A program made the translations under genes and the position numbers. Under the pieces are notes generated by a model that saw only the letters and a list, made by a program, of their open reading frames with translations, made no database searches and had not been told where the DNA came from. This document shows positions 35,647-47,243 of a stretch of DNA of 50,509 bases, piece by piece (position 1 is the first letter of the stretch; every line of letters starts with the position of its first letter). This DNA is from Eubacteriales bacterium (GTDB lineage Bacteria; Bacillota; Clostridia; Oscillospirales; CAG-272), in assembly GCA_045588165.1 (NCBI GenBank), contig JAZNDP010000039.1, positions 1-50,509 of the forward strand, given 5' to 3'.

Positions 35647-38309
35647 GAACCTTTTTTCTTTCCTTTATTTGCTTTTCGTTGTTTATTTTTTTGGAGCTTC
35701 TCTGCCGCGCCAACCAATTCCGCGCTCCATGATTCCAAGGTGAAATAATTTTTTTGGGGGAATACAAGGACGGCGAGGATCAGAACACCGAGGAGCGGTA
35801 GCGTCTGAAGCAGCATCACCCAGTACTGGTTGACATGGGGCATCCATCCGCATCCTAAGCAAAGCCCCGCCATCAATGCTCCAAGAATCAAAAACACGGC
35901 AATCAGAACTTTATTATATCGGAGGATCTTGGCAAGTCGCTTGCACCATACCGCCGCCTCCACTAATTTTAACCGAGAGGAGAGTGTCAGGATCTCGGTC
36001 ACAGGTCCTCTGCTTTTTCTTCTTCCGCCCTGTCTGAGATCCTCCGCGTTTTTGTGTACCACACTGACGGGGGTCACACCGAAGCGCCGCTGCTCCAGAA
36101 CGAAGGCGGAGTGGATCATCGGGTCAAAGGTTTCGATCACGCATCGGATCCCGTTCTCCTCCATACGCTCGATCAGCATCTCAAAAATCGGCTCGATCTC
36201 GTACGCGGCGCTGATCTTCGCGGAAACCTTTCCGTCAAGAGACACGCACAGCGTAGCTCTGCCATCCCATTCCTCGTTCATCGGGAAGGAGAGTCCGTAC
36301 CGTTGCAGATATCCCGCATCTCCCACAATCAAAACGTGCTTCCGATCGATGATTGCCTCAATTCCGTTTCTGGCAATTCTCCGAACAGAAATTCGGTCAT
36401 GCCGATAGCGCTCCGGTACCGATTCAAAAATTTTCGCCATAGGTCCGCCGATCTTCGCATACAACAGTTGTAAACAACCGAACAGATCCGACGTCTGACC
36501 CGACTCGTAGATGACCATTCCGGTATCCTTCGTTTCGCACTTTTTGAACAGGTGCAGATCGTTGAACACCAGATAATCCACATCCGAATAGCTAACCGTT
36601 CCATCCGTCCCTGTCAAGGCAATTCCGCGACGGGTCAATCGATAGGAGGACAGTCCCAGGGTGATGAGCGGAATCGAAATCACGGCGCATGGCAGCATCG
36701 CAAAAAGGGTCGCGACCGCCGTGGTACAAACCACCGCCAGGCTCTGCTTCAGCAATATGACGATCATTCCCGCCACCAGACTCAACAGTACGGCGGGAAG
36801 AAGGATCCACCGAATCATCGGATTGCTCATGTGATTTTCTCCCCGTACCGAACGGAAGAATCCTCTTGGGAAGGAAACCGACGCAGGGGCAAAGATCCGC
36901 TTCGTCCCGTCTATGCCGCCATGATACATCTTCTCCGCAACCGATCGGGCACCCTCATCCAATTCCAGCGTAAATTTGCTCGAATCGGAGGAGAAGACCA
37001 AAAACAGCCGTCTTTCTCTCCGCACCAAAACAAGCTCCGCGCAGGCGGTCAGGAGCATCCACAAAACACAAACAAAATGGAATACGGGTGGCTGATATCC
37101 CTCCGTGGGGACAAAGGCAATGAGCGTGTCATACGCCGCCGTGTAAAGCACCATCACCCCAAGAACGGAATAGACATCGGAACGGATGGTTACCAGCCGT
37201 TTGATTCCATTCCACATGGGTCGTCCCAAGCATACCGCCGCGATCAGCACAAACTGTAATCCGACGAAGAGATAGGACCCGAAATATGTATGATAATCGA
37301 TCAGCCCACCAAATTCTACACCGAACAAAGGCAAGGTATCATAGAGGAATACCAGAACAGCCATGGCGCCGATTCCCAACAGCCGCAGAAGGGCGCGAAT
37401 GGACCTATGGCGGTAGTCAGCAAGAATTTCCTCATTCTGCTCCGCGCCTCGGTACTCTCCGTCATCCTCCGCCGATTCGTCTTCCTCGGCAAATTCCTCC
37501 GTCACCTCGTCCTCCGCGATCTCCTCCAGCTCATCCTGACAACCAAATTGCAGCATGAGATCAAAAATCGATTCGTTGACGCAAAATTCCGCCGTTGCGC
37601 CCACCGATACCTGTTCTTCTTCCAAGGTTTCCTCTGACAACAGCGCGGACAGATCCTCTGTCTCTTCACACGTCTCTCCCGACAAAAAATCCTGTGTCAG
37701 CTCGGGCATGGCGATGGTTTCAATTTCGGGAAACGCATCGTACTCCTCCTGCTCCTCCACGCCAAACTCTGCCGTCGGCTCCTCCGCCACGAGGCGGATC
37801 TCCTCGTGGAGACAGGAAACGGGCTCCGGATCAGGCTCGGTCTGCAAAAGAGCCTCTGCATCCGAGACCTCTTCTTCTATTCGGATCTCTTCAGACTCCT
37901 CCGCAATCACATCGGTAGCCTCCTCGGCAATCGCTTCGACAGGGTCTTCCCACGGCGCGCAATCGAGCTCTTCCGCATTGGAACTCTCAACCTCTTCTTC
38001 AACTCCATCTTGCGCCAAGATCTCGTCCTCTCCCTCGTCCAATGCGAGAGAAGAATCACGGTCTTCCTCTGTCGTCTCAAATTCCAACAAAAGCTCCCGA
38101 TCAAACGCGTACTCATCCGAGTCCGATGCTTCGCTGTCCCCTGACAGACCGGCTCCATATTGCGCCCGAAGCTGCTGCTTCAGCTTTTTCTCGCTCAAAT
38201 TGGCGTTTTTCTTCCCTTCGGCTGTCTTTGGAGCCTCGTCTGCGGAATCTCTTTCCACGGATTCCTTGAGCAATTTCAGAATATCATCAATGTTATGTTC
38301 GTTATTCAT
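35643..38309 (-). CDS. Membrane protein with acidic disordered N-terminus and a degenerate P1B-type ATPase-like C-terminal half
   Basis: About 290 aa Glu/Asp-rich region, about 8 TM; LPCA..P...RRGIALTG, VDYLVFNDLHLF and NGIEAIIDRKHVLIVGD echo P1B motifs, but there is no DKTGT. Confidence 0.75.
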   Translation of the reverse strand: MNNEHNIDDILKLLKESVERDSADEAPKTAEGKKNANLSEKKLKQQLRAQYGAGLSGDSEASDSDEYAFDRELLLEFETTEEDRDSSLALDEGEDEILAQDGVEEEVESSNAEELDCAPWEDPVEAIAEEATDVIAEESEEIRIEEEVSDAEALLQTEPDPEPVSCLHEEIRLVAEEPTAEFGVEEQEEYDAFPEIETIAMPELTQDFLSGETCEETEDLSALLSEETLEEEQVSVGATAEFCVNESIFDLMLQFGCQDELEEIAEDEVTEEFAEEDESAEDDGEYRGAEQNEEILADYRHRSIRALLRLLGIGAMAVLVFLYDTLPLFGVEFGGLIDYHTYFGSYLFVGLQFVLIAAVCLGRPMWNGIKRLVTIRSDVYSVLGVMVLYTAAYDTLIAFVPTEGYQPPVFHFVCVLWMLLTACAELVLVRRERRLFLVFSSDSSKFTLELDEGARSVAEKMYHGGIDGTKRIFAPASVSFPRGFFRSVRGENHMSNPMIRWILLPAVLLSLVAGMIVILLKQSLAVVCTTAVATLFAMLPCAVISIPLITLGLSSYRLTRRGIALTGTDGTVSYSDVDYLVFNDLHLFKKCETKDTGMVIYESGQTSDLFGCLQLLYAKIGGPMAKIFESVPERYRHDRISVRRIARNGIEAIIDRKHVLIVGDAGYLQRYGLSFPMNEEWDGRATLCVSLDGKVSAKISAAYEIEPIFEMLIERMEENGIRCVIETFDPMIHSAFVLEQRRFGVTPVSVVHKNAEDLRQGGRRKSRGPVTEILTLSSRLKLVEAAVWCKRLAKILRYNKVLIAVFLILGALMAGLCLGCGWMPHVNQYWVMLLQTLPLLGVLILAVLVFPQKNYFTLESWSAELVGAAEKLQKNKQRKANKGKKKGS

Positions 38310-38339
38310 CCTGCCCTCCGTTTTTATGAAATAAGACCG

Positions 38340-39170
38340 TTACTGCTTTCTGTGCTGATGGGAAATTTCTGCCAGAATGACAGAGGCGGCGGTGGACACA
38401 TTAAAGGAATTTACGTGCCCGTACATGGGGATCGACACGATATAATCGGCGCACTCCTTCACAAGTCGGGAAACACCGTCCCCTTCACTGCCCATCACCA
38501 GAGCGCAGGGGCAGTTAAAGTCGGTATCGTAATAAGCAGGGCCCCCTGCCTCTGCCGCGAAAATCCAAATTCCCAGCTTTTTCAGCTCCTCAATGGTTGC
38601 GGAAAGGTTCGTCACCTTCGCGATTGCCAAGTGCTCAATGGCGCCGCAGGACGCCTTGGTTACGGCGGGAGTCAGTCCAACGGCACGTCGCTTCGGAATG
38701 ATCAGTCCGTGAGCGCCTACGCCCTCGGCGCATCGGATCAGCGCGCCCAGATTGTGAGGATCGGTAATGCCATCGGCGATCACCAAAAAGGGCTTCTCTC
38801 CCCGATCCGCGGCGATCTGCAAAATATCCTCAACGGAGCAGTATTCCTTCTCCGCCGCCATGGCGACCACACCTTGATGAACCGCATAGCCCGTCATGGT
38901 ATCCAGCTTGGATTTTTCGGTTTCCACCACGGGAATGTGCCGCTCAATCGCTTCGGCAACCAAAACCACGATAGAGCCCTCCCGCTCTCCGCGCTGAACC
39001 AGAAGCTTATCAATATCCCGACCCGACTTCAACAGCTCACGAACGGCGTTTCTTCCAATCACCAACCCCTCACACACGGGCTCGGTCTCCGAACGGCGCT
39101 CTCTTCTCTCGTCTGTGCGATTTTTTGTCGGTCGTTTTTTGGCATAATACTCTTTTTTGTTCTTTTCCAT
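38340..39170 (-). CDS. rlmB: 23S rRNA Gm2251 methyltransferase (TrmH family)
   Basis: GRNAVRE, HQGVVA, DPHNLGALIR, MGSEGDG, SFNVSTA. Confidence 0.93.
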   Translation of the reverse strand: MEKNKKEYYAKKRPTKNRTDERRERRSETEPVCEGLVIGRNAVRELLKSGRDIDKLLVQRGEREGSIVVLVAEAIERHIPVVETEKSKLDTMTGYAVHQGVVAMAAEKEYCSVEDILQIAADRGEKPFLVIADGITDPHNLGALIRCAEGVGAHGLIIPKRRAVGLTPAVTKASCGAIEHLAIAKVTNLSATIEELKKLGIWIFAAEAGGPAYYDTDFNCPCALVMGSEGDGVSRLVKECADYIVSIPMYGHVNSFNVSTAASVILAEISHQHRKQ

Positions 39171-39288
39171 GGTGTTCCTCCATGCAAATAAAATTTACCC
39201 CAAAAGGTATAACTATACTTATTTTAATTATATCATAAAATTCCTATTTTGTATATAGACAATGCAAAGCTTTTTTAAAAAATAAGGA

Positions 39289-39318
39289 AAAAAGAGCGAT
39301 TGCACGCAACCGCTCTTT
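39289..39318 (-). terminator. Terminator after the aldo/keto reductase
   Basis: Minus strand AAAGAGCGGTTGCGTGCAATCGCTCTTTTTT. Confidence 0.7.
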
Positions 39319-39332
39319 GGGATTTCTCTTCG

Positions 39333-40439
39333 TCAATTCTCAAACAGGTTACCGACCTGCTTCAGCTGCTCCATGATCTCAATTTTTTGCGGACATTTTT
39401 CCTCACACTGTCCGCACCCGATACAGTCCGACGCCCGTCCTCTCGTCCGGCTCAGTTCCCCGTAGGATGTACGCTCTCTTACGCCGTCGCCCCTCTTTGC
39501 TTGATTATACAGCTCAAAATATTCGGGGATCGCGATAGTCATGGGGCAATCCACCGAGCAATACTGACAGGCGGTACACGGAACGGCAATCGTCCCCTTG
39601 ATCATATCTGCCGCCGTCATGACCTTGCTCTGCTCCTTTTCCGAAAGAGGAGAAAATTCCTTCATATACGAGGTGTTGTCCGTCAGCTGATCCATATCCG
39701 ACATGCCGCTGAGCACCATGATCACGCCCTCAAGCCCCGCGGCAAAACGAATTGCCCAAGAGGCAACCGAGGCGCGGGGATCAGAATTGTGAAAGAGCTC
39801 CGCTACCGCATCGGGAACTCGGGCAAGGGCTCCTCCCTTGACGGGCTCCATAACGATGATGGGCTTTCCGTGCTTTCTCGCTACCTCATAGCAAAGACGG
39901 GATTGCACCTTCTCGCTTTCCCAATCCAGATAGTTCATCTGAAGCTGTACCACATCCACCTCGGGATGGTCGGTCAAGATCCTGTCCAAAACGGCGGCGG
40001 AATCGTGGAAGGAAAAGCCGATCTTTTTTACCTTGCCTTCCTTCTTTTTTTGCATGACGAAATCAAACGCCCCAAGGCGGGTTGCGGTCTCGTAATGAGC
40101 GATGTTCAGGTTGTGCACCAGATAATAATCAAAATACTCCACTCCGCATCTCTCAAGCTGTTCTCCGAAAATGCGCTCCATGTCCTCTTTTTCCTTCAGA
40201 TACATGGTGGGAAGCTTGGTGGTAAGAATAAATCGGTCTCTCGGGTATCTCTCCACCAGCGCTTTGCGAACGACCCGCTCGCTCTGGGCGTCGTGATACA
40301 TATATGCCGTATCAAAATAGGTAAATCCCTGCTCCAGAAAGGAATCCACCATGCAGCACAGATGCTCCATGTTAATCGATTTTTTATCTTCAGGGTTTGT
40401 GAGCGGTAACCGCATCAAACCAAATCCAAGCTTTTTCAT
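39333..40439 (-). CDS. Aldo/keto reductase with C-terminal 4Fe-4S dicluster domain
   Basis: LGFGLMRLP, YFDTAYMY, GFSFHD, MEPVKGG, CTACQYC..CP and CIGCGQCEEKCP; AGGAG RBS. Confidence 0.92.
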   Translation of the reverse strand: MKKLGFGLMRLPLTNPEDKKSINMEHLCCMVDSFLEQGFTYFDTAYMYHDAQSERVVRKALVERYPRDRFILTTKLPTMYLKEKEDMERIFGEQLERCGVEYFDYYLVHNLNIAHYETATRLGAFDFVMQKKKEGKVKKIGFSFHDSAAVLDRILTDHPEVDVVQLQMNYLDWESEKVQSRLCYEVARKHGKPIIVMEPVKGGALARVPDAVAELFHNSDPRASVASWAIRFAAGLEGVIMVLSGMSDMDQLTDNTSYMKEFSPLSEKEQSKVMTAADMIKGTIAVPCTACQYCSVDCPMTIAIPEYFELYNQAKRGDGVRERTSYGELSRTRGRASDCIGCGQCEEKCPQKIEIMEQLKQVGNLFEN

Positions 40440-40455
40440 GACCTTTCTCCTTTTT

Positions 40456-40488
40456 AAAAACACCTGCGGAGGAAACCGCAGGTGTTTG
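40456..40488 (-). terminator. Terminator after guaB
   Basis: Minus strand AAACACCTGCGG-TTTCCT-CCGCAGGTGTTTTT. Confidence 0.75.
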
Positions 40489-40498
40489 ATTGACGGAA

Positions 40499-42044
<1,546 letters not shown>

Positions 42045-42164
42045 CGATTTTTTCTTTTTTTATTCGATAAAAATTCAAGATCTTTTTTGCCGTATTTTGT
42101 GTTTTTTGATCATCTTCTCACATATGCTTTTCTAAAGGCATCTCAAATCCATGGGAGTGGCGCT

Positions 42165-42908
42165 ATGAAAACTCAAATTTGCGATTCAAAAAAATATATT
42201 CTCCGCTATCTTTTCTTCGTTCTCACCTTTCTTCTCTCTCTGGGGTTCCTGTTTTTTCTCAAGACACATCTGGTTCGAAAGGATTCTCCCACACAAGCCT
42301 CTCCCTCACCTTCTCCCGTGGTCGTCATTGATGCGGGTCATGGGGGGGAGGATTGCGGCGCGATTGGAACGAACGGAGCGGAGGAAAAGGATCTCAATCT
42401 CGGGATTGCGAAAAATCTGGAAGCCATCCTGAGGGCAAACGGAATACAGACCGTGATGACACGAAGCGAGGACGTTCTGCTCTATGACAAAAATTCGGAT
42501 TATCACGGACAAAAAAAGGTGCAAGATCTTGCCACCAGACGATCTATCGCGGAGCAATACGATACCGCTCTGTTCATCAGCATTCATATGAACTCCTTTC
42601 CGGAGTCCCAATATAACGGACTTCAGGTCTATTATTCGCCAAACCATGAAGCCTCCCAAACGTTTGCGCAGGACATTCAGGAGCTGACACGAAGGACGCT
42701 CCAAGGGAAAAACAACAGAAAAATCAAGGCTTCGGGTGAGGGCATCTATCTTCTTGACCGCCTCGCGTGCCCCGCCATCCTTGTGGAATGCGGATTTCTT
42801 TCCAACGACGAGGAATGCGAGCGGCTATGCGACCCCGTCTACCGTCAACAGTTGTCTCTGGTGATTGCTCTGGCAATTTTAGAAAATTTATCCCCTGCTC
42901 TCCCTTGA
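42165..42908 (+). CDS. cwlD: N-acetylmuramoyl-L-alanine amidase (Amidase_3), CwlD-like
   Basis: N-terminal TM, IDAGHGGED, EKDLNL, KVQDL..R, FISIHMNSF, GLQVYY, LVECGFLSN; sigE-like -10 CATATGCT at 42121. Confidence 0.75.
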   Translation: MKTQICDSKKYILRYLFFVLTFLLSLGFLFFLKTHLVRKDSPTQASPSPSPVVVIDAGHGGEDCGAIGTNGAEEKDLNLGIAKNLEAILRANGIQTVMTRSEDVLLYDKNSDYHGQKKVQDLATRRSIAEQYDTALFISIHMNSFPESQYNGLQVYYSPNHEASQTFAQDIQELTRRTLQGKNNRKIKASGEGIYLLDRLACPAILVECGFLSNDEECERLCDPVYRQQLSLVIALAILENLSPALP

Positions 42909-42933
42909 TTTTTTCGAGGTTTTATTGTATAAT
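42905..42933 (+). promoter_or_regulatory. sigA promoter of radA
   Basis: TTGATT-17-TATAAT. Confidence 0.65.
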
Positions 42934-42971
42934 AGGGTCATAGAAGAATCGTCGTGTCCGCGGAGGTCAAA

Positions 42972-44357
42972 ATGAAAGGAATCAAAACCGTTTTTATTTG
43001 CTCGGAATGTGAATATGAAAGCCCAAAATGGCTGGGTAAATGTCCTCGCTGCAATTCCTGGAATACCTTCGTCGAGGACGTGGTGGAAAAGGAGATCCCC
43101 TCTGCCGCCTCTCCTCGCGCCGCTTCTCTTCGCGGCGGAGAGAGTCACGTATCTCCCTTTGATCAGCTTCATGCCCCCGATTATATCCGTTCAGGGACAG
43201 GTCTTGCGGAGCTTGACCGAGTGCTTGGCGGAGGTCTTGTGACGGGATCGGTGGTTCTGCTGTCGGGTGAACCCGGTATTGGAAAATCCACCCTTCTGCT
43301 CCAGATCTGCGACACGCTGGGCGAGAGCAAAAAGGTTCTCTACGTGTCGGGAGAGGAATCGGGCAGTCAGCTGAAGCTTCGGGCGGAGCGCCTCCGTGTC
43401 AGCGGAAAGAATCTTTATATTCTCACCGAGACCAACATGGAGCAGATCCTCTCCGAGGCAAAAAAGCTCTCCCCCGACGTGATCATCGCCGACTCGGTTC
43501 AGACCATGTATTCCGATCGGGTGGCTTCCGCCCCCGGCAGCATCTCCAACGTCAAGGAGGTTGCCATGGCGTTTATCGCCAAGGCGAAGACGGAGGGAAT
43601 TTCCGTGATCCTCGTAGGACACGTGAACAAAGAGGGCGGCATCGCGGGTCCCAAGGTGCTGGAGCACATGGTGGATGCCGTGCTGAATTTCGAGGGGGAT
43701 CGAAGACAGTCCTATCGAATTATCCGCGCCCAAAAAAACCGCTTTGGCTCCACCAATGAGATCGGCGTGTTTGAAATGACCGACGCAGGGCTTCGTGAGG
43801 TGCCCAATCCCTCGGAAATGCTCCTCGCCGACCGCCCCGCCGACACCTCGGGCAACTGCGCCGTCTGTATTTTGGAGGGTACCCGTCCCCTTGTGGCGGA
43901 GATTCAGGCGCTGGTCACTCCCACCACCTTCCCCGCTCCCAGACGAACCTCCAACGGCATCGACTATAACCGTACCTATCTGATCCTCGCCGTCCTGGAA
44001 AAGAGGCTGGGACTGAAATTCTCCGCAAACGACGTCTATCTCAACGTCATTGGAGGTGTGCGCGTGGACGAGCCCGCGTCAGATCTGGGAATTGCCCTTG
44101 CGCTGATCTCCTCCATGACCGATCGGGTGATCCCCGACGACCTGATCGCCATCGGCGAGCTGGGTCTTGCGGGAGAGTGCCGCGGCGTTGCCAACGCGGA
44201 ACAGCGAGTCCGCGAAGCCGCCCGCCTCGGCTTTACCCGAGCCGTCGTCCCCGTCCACAACCTCCAGAGCTGTGAGGATATCAAGGGAATCCAAGTCACC
44301 GCCGCCAAGAACATCTACGACCTGCTGAATTTTTTAAAGGCGCCGAAAAAGGAATAA
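42972..44357 (+). CDS. radA: DNA repair protein RadA/Sms
   Basis: C4 zinc finger CSEC...CPRC, GEPGIGKSTLL, KNRFG, Lon-like C-terminus. Confidence 0.98.
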   Translation: MKGIKTVFICSECEYESPKWLGKCPRCNSWNTFVEDVVEKEIPSAASPRAASLRGGESHVSPFDQLHAPDYIRSGTGLAELDRVLGGGLVTGSVVLLSGEPGIGKSTLLLQICDTLGESKKVLYVSGEESGSQLKLRAERLRVSGKNLYILTETNMEQILSEAKKLSPDVIIADSVQTMYSDRVASAPGSISNVKEVAMAFIAKAKTEGISVILVGHVNKEGGIAGPKVLEHMVDAVLNFEGDRRQSYRIIRAQKNRFGSTNEIGVFEMTDAGLREVPNPSEMLLADRPADTSGNCAVCILEGTRPLVAEIQALVTPTTFPAPRRTSNGIDYNRTYLILAVLEKRLGLKFSANDVYLNVIGGVRVDEPASDLGIALALISSMTDRVIPDDLIAIGELGLAGECRGVANAEQRVREAARLGFTRAVVPVHNLQSCEDIKGIQVTAAKNIYDLLNFLKAPKKE

Positions 44358-44365
44358 TAAATCAC

Positions 44366-44400
44366 AAAGAAGCCGTCCCGCGTGGGACGGCTTCTTTTTT
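44366..44400. terminator. Bidirectional terminator between radA and glyQS
   Basis: AAAGAAGCCGTCCC-GCGT-GGGACGGCTTCTTTTT. Confidence 0.85.
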
Positions 44401-44405
44401 CTCAA

Positions 44406-45809
44406 TCAAAACTCGATTGCTTTTTCTACGTATGCCTTCAGCTCGGTGATCGGGATTCTTACCTGCGCCATGCTGTCTCTGTCACGGACGGTTACGCAGC
44501 CGTCGGTCTCGGACTCGAAGTCGTAGGTAATACACAGAGGTGTTCCAACCTCGTCCTGACGGCGGTAGCGCTTACCGATGGATCCTGCCTCGTCGTAATC
44601 CACACTGAAATACTTGGACAGCTCCTCGTAGATGGCGCCCGCGCCCTCTGCGAGCTTCTTGGACAGAGGCAGAACCGCCGCCTTGAAGGGCGCCAGAGCG
44701 GGATGCAGGTGCATCACTACGCGGACGTCATTCTTCTCGGGGTCCACGATCTCCTCGTCGTAGGCATCGCACAGGACTGCCAGCACGCTTCTCTCTACGC
44801 CAAGGCTGGGCTCAACCACGTAAGGAATATAGTGCTCGCCCGTCTCCTGATCGAAGTAGGTCAGGTCCTTACCGGAGGTATTCTGATGCTGGGTCAGGTC
44901 GTAGTCGGTTCTGTCGGCTACGCCCCACAGCTCTCCCCATCCAAACGGGAACAGAAACTCGAAGTCGGTGGTTGCCTTGGAATAGAAGCAAAGCTCCTCG
45001 GGATCGTGGTCACGCAGACGGAGATTCTCCTCCTTCAGACCGATGGCAAGGAGCCAATCGCGGCAGAAGCTTCTCCAGTAGTTGAACCACTCCAGATCGG
45101 TACCGGGCTTGCAGAAGAACTCCAGCTCCATCTGCTCAAACTCACGGACACGGAAAATGAAGTTACCGGGGGTGATCTCATTACGGAAGGACTTACCGAT
45201 CTGCGCGATACCGAAGGGCAGCTTCTTTCTTGTGGTTCTCTGGACGTTTACAAAGTTGGTAAAGATACCCTGCGCCGTCTCGGGACGGAGGTAAACGGTA
45301 TTCTTTGCGTCCTCGGTAACGCCCTGGAAGGTCTTGAACATCAGGTTGAACTGACGGATATCGGTAAAGTTATGCTTACCGCAGGTAGGACAAGGAATGT
45401 TGTGCTCCTCCACGAACGCCTTCATCTCGTCGTGAGAGAACGCGTCGATGGGCTTGGGCAGCTCAAATCCCGTCTCACCGCACCACTCCTCAATCAGCTT
45501 ATCGGCACGGAAGCGCTCGTGGCACTCCCGGCAATCCATCAGAGGATCCGAAAATCCCGCAAGGTGTCCCGATGCGACCCATGTCTGGGGGTTCATCAGG
45601 ATAGCAGCGTCAAGGCCTACGTTATATTTATTCTCCTGAACAAACTTTTTCCACCAAGCCTTCTTGACGTTATTCTTCAGCTCCACACCGAGAGGACCGT
45701 AGTCCCAGGTGTTTGCCAGACCGCCATAGATCTCGGAGCCGGGGAAAATAAAGCCGCGCGTTTTACAAAGCGCTACGATTTTGTCCATTGTTTTTTCCGT
45801 ATTTTTCAT
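44406..45809 (-). CDS. glyQS: Glycyl-tRNA synthetase, alpha2 (homodimeric) type
   Basis: [63 protein letters not shown]. Confidence 0.97.
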   Translation of the reverse strand: MKNTEKTMDKIVALCKTRGFIFPGSEIYGGLANTWDYGPLGVELKNNVKKAWWKKFVQENKYNVGLDAAILMNPQTWVASGHLAGFSDPLMDCRECHERFRADKLIEEWCGETGFELPKPIDAFSHDEMKAFVEEHNIPCPTCGKHNFTDIRQFNLMFKTFQGVTEDAKNTVYLRPETAQGIFTNFVNVQRTTRKKLPFGIAQIGKSFRNEITPGNFIFRVREFEQMELEFFCKPGTDLEWFNYWRSFCRDWLLAIGLKEENLRLRDHDPEELCFYSKATTDFEFLFPFGWGELWGVADRTDYDLTQHQNTSGKDLTYFDQETGEHYIPYVVEPSLGVERSVLAVLCDAYDEEIVDPEKNDVRVVMHLHPALAPFKAAVLPLSKKLAEGAGAIYEELSKYFSVDYDEAGSIGKRYRRQDEVGTPLCITYDFESETDGCVTVRDRDSMAQVRIPITELKAYVEKAIEF

Positions 45810-45850
45810 GGTTTCCTTCCTTTTCTCGCAATGAATTTCAATTAAAGAGT

Positions 45851-45879
45851 ATTATATCACAAAAATCGATCACTGTCAA
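45851..45879 (-). promoter_or_regulatory. Consensus sigA promoter of glyQS
   Basis: TTGACA-17-TATAAT with extended TG. Confidence 0.8.
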
Positions 45880-45886
45880 TAGATAT

Positions 45887-47230
45887 TTACTGTCCCGCGA
45901 CGCTTATTTTCCGAATCAGCGTATCGGGAGCGCCGTACACCGTAAAGCCCGAGGGGATTCCGAATTCCACCTTGTTGGCAATTTCCTCGATATTCTTCAG
46001 GAGCTCAAAGAAATTTCCCGCTACGGTAAAGGATTTTACCGCCTTGCCAAGGACTCCGTCCTTGACAAGATACCCCGCACTCTCAATGGAAAAGTCGCCC
46101 GTCACGGCGTTGCATCCCGCGTGCATTCCCTTGAACTCGGTGATATACAAGCCGTCTCCCAGCATCCTTTTCAATTCCTCGGGAGACTGCTCTCCGCCAG
46201 CGATATAAAAGCTATAGGGACGGATGCTGACCGGCTCGGAATATCCCACTCGCTGACCGTTTCCCGTGGTGGTCACACCCGCGCGGTCTGCCGTTGCCAG
46301 ATCGTAGAGCAAGGTGTTCAGAACCCCCTTTTCGATCACGTTCTTCCGATAGGTGGCAACGCCCTCGCCGTCGAAGGAAGTCTGCATGGGACAGCCCTCT
46401 CTCATGGGATCGTCCACAAGGGTGATTTTCTCACACGCCACCCGCTGCCCTTCCTTTCCCTTCAGCAGAGATAGCCCCAGCTGCGCGCTCTTCGCGGAGA
46501 ACGCGGAGGAAAAGGCGGAAAGCAGGGAGCGCATCTCACGGGCGCTGATGATCACGTCGTATTTTCCGGACGGGATCTCCTTGGCGCCAACCTTGGAAAG
46601 CGCCTCTTCAAGTGCGCTCTCCGACAGAGCGGAGAGAGAAGCTTCACTCAAATCCAGAGTAAAATCAAAGGCGTCCTGCGCCTCCCCGTCCTTCTGTATC
46701 ACGGCCTGCACGTAAGCGCCGCTGATCGCGCCACCTCCCGACAGACGAAGTCCGTGAGAATTCATCAGCTCCATATGAAATTCGTTGGTAAACACTGCCG
46801 ATTGCGTTCCATCCGCCACGTGCTCGCTCATCTTATAGGTATTTTCCTGAATCGTCAGCGCCATTTTTTTGGCATCCGCCGCATCGGGAGATTCCCCTTC
46901 GGGACGAGTTACCGACGAGTATCGGTCCGACCCGTCAAAGAGGATCGCCTTATCCTCGCTTTCAATACACCGCGCGTTTGCGATGGCGCGCAAAACCAGC
47001 TCTCTCATTTCCGTCTCGGTCAGGAGCTCGGTAGAAGCACTTCCCATATGCCCATCCACGATACAGCGGAAGCAGATTCCGCCTCGTACGCCGGAGGAAA
47101 AGGAGGATATTTCATTCTTCAGCGTTTCGGTGCTCAAATCAGAGGACTGAGCAAAATAGATCTCGTATTCCGCAAGTCCTGCCCGATTCGCCTCGGCAAT
47201 CAGACAGTCCTTTACTCCATCAAAATTCAT
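45887..47230 (-). CDS. pmbA: TldE/PmbA family protein
   Basis: SFDGEGVAT, TTGNG, N.VTGDFS, GYLVKDG..VKSFTVAGN; no HExxxH motif; follows tldD. Confidence 0.88.
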   Translation of the reverse strand: MNFDGVKDCLIAEANRAGLAEYEIYFAQSSDLSTETLKNEISSFSSGVRGGICFRCIVDGHMGSASTELLTETEMRELVLRAIANARCIESEDKAILFDGSDRYSSVTRPEGESPDAADAKKMALTIQENTYKMSEHVADGTQSAVFTNEFHMELMNSHGLRLSGGGAISGAYVQAVIQKDGEAQDAFDFTLDLSEASLSALSESALEEALSKVGAKEIPSGKYDVIISAREMRSLLSAFSSAFSAKSAQLGLSLLKGKEGQRVACEKITLVDDPMREGCPMQTSFDGEGVATYRKNVIEKGVLNTLLYDLATADRAGVTTTGNGQRVGYSEPVSIRPYSFYIAGGEQSPEELKRMLGDGLYITEFKGMHAGCNAVTGDFSIESAGYLVKDGVLGKAVKSFTVAGNFFELLKNIEEIANKVEFGIPSGFTVYGAPDTLIRKISVAGQ

Positions 47231-47243
47231 CTTTCTCCTCCTC

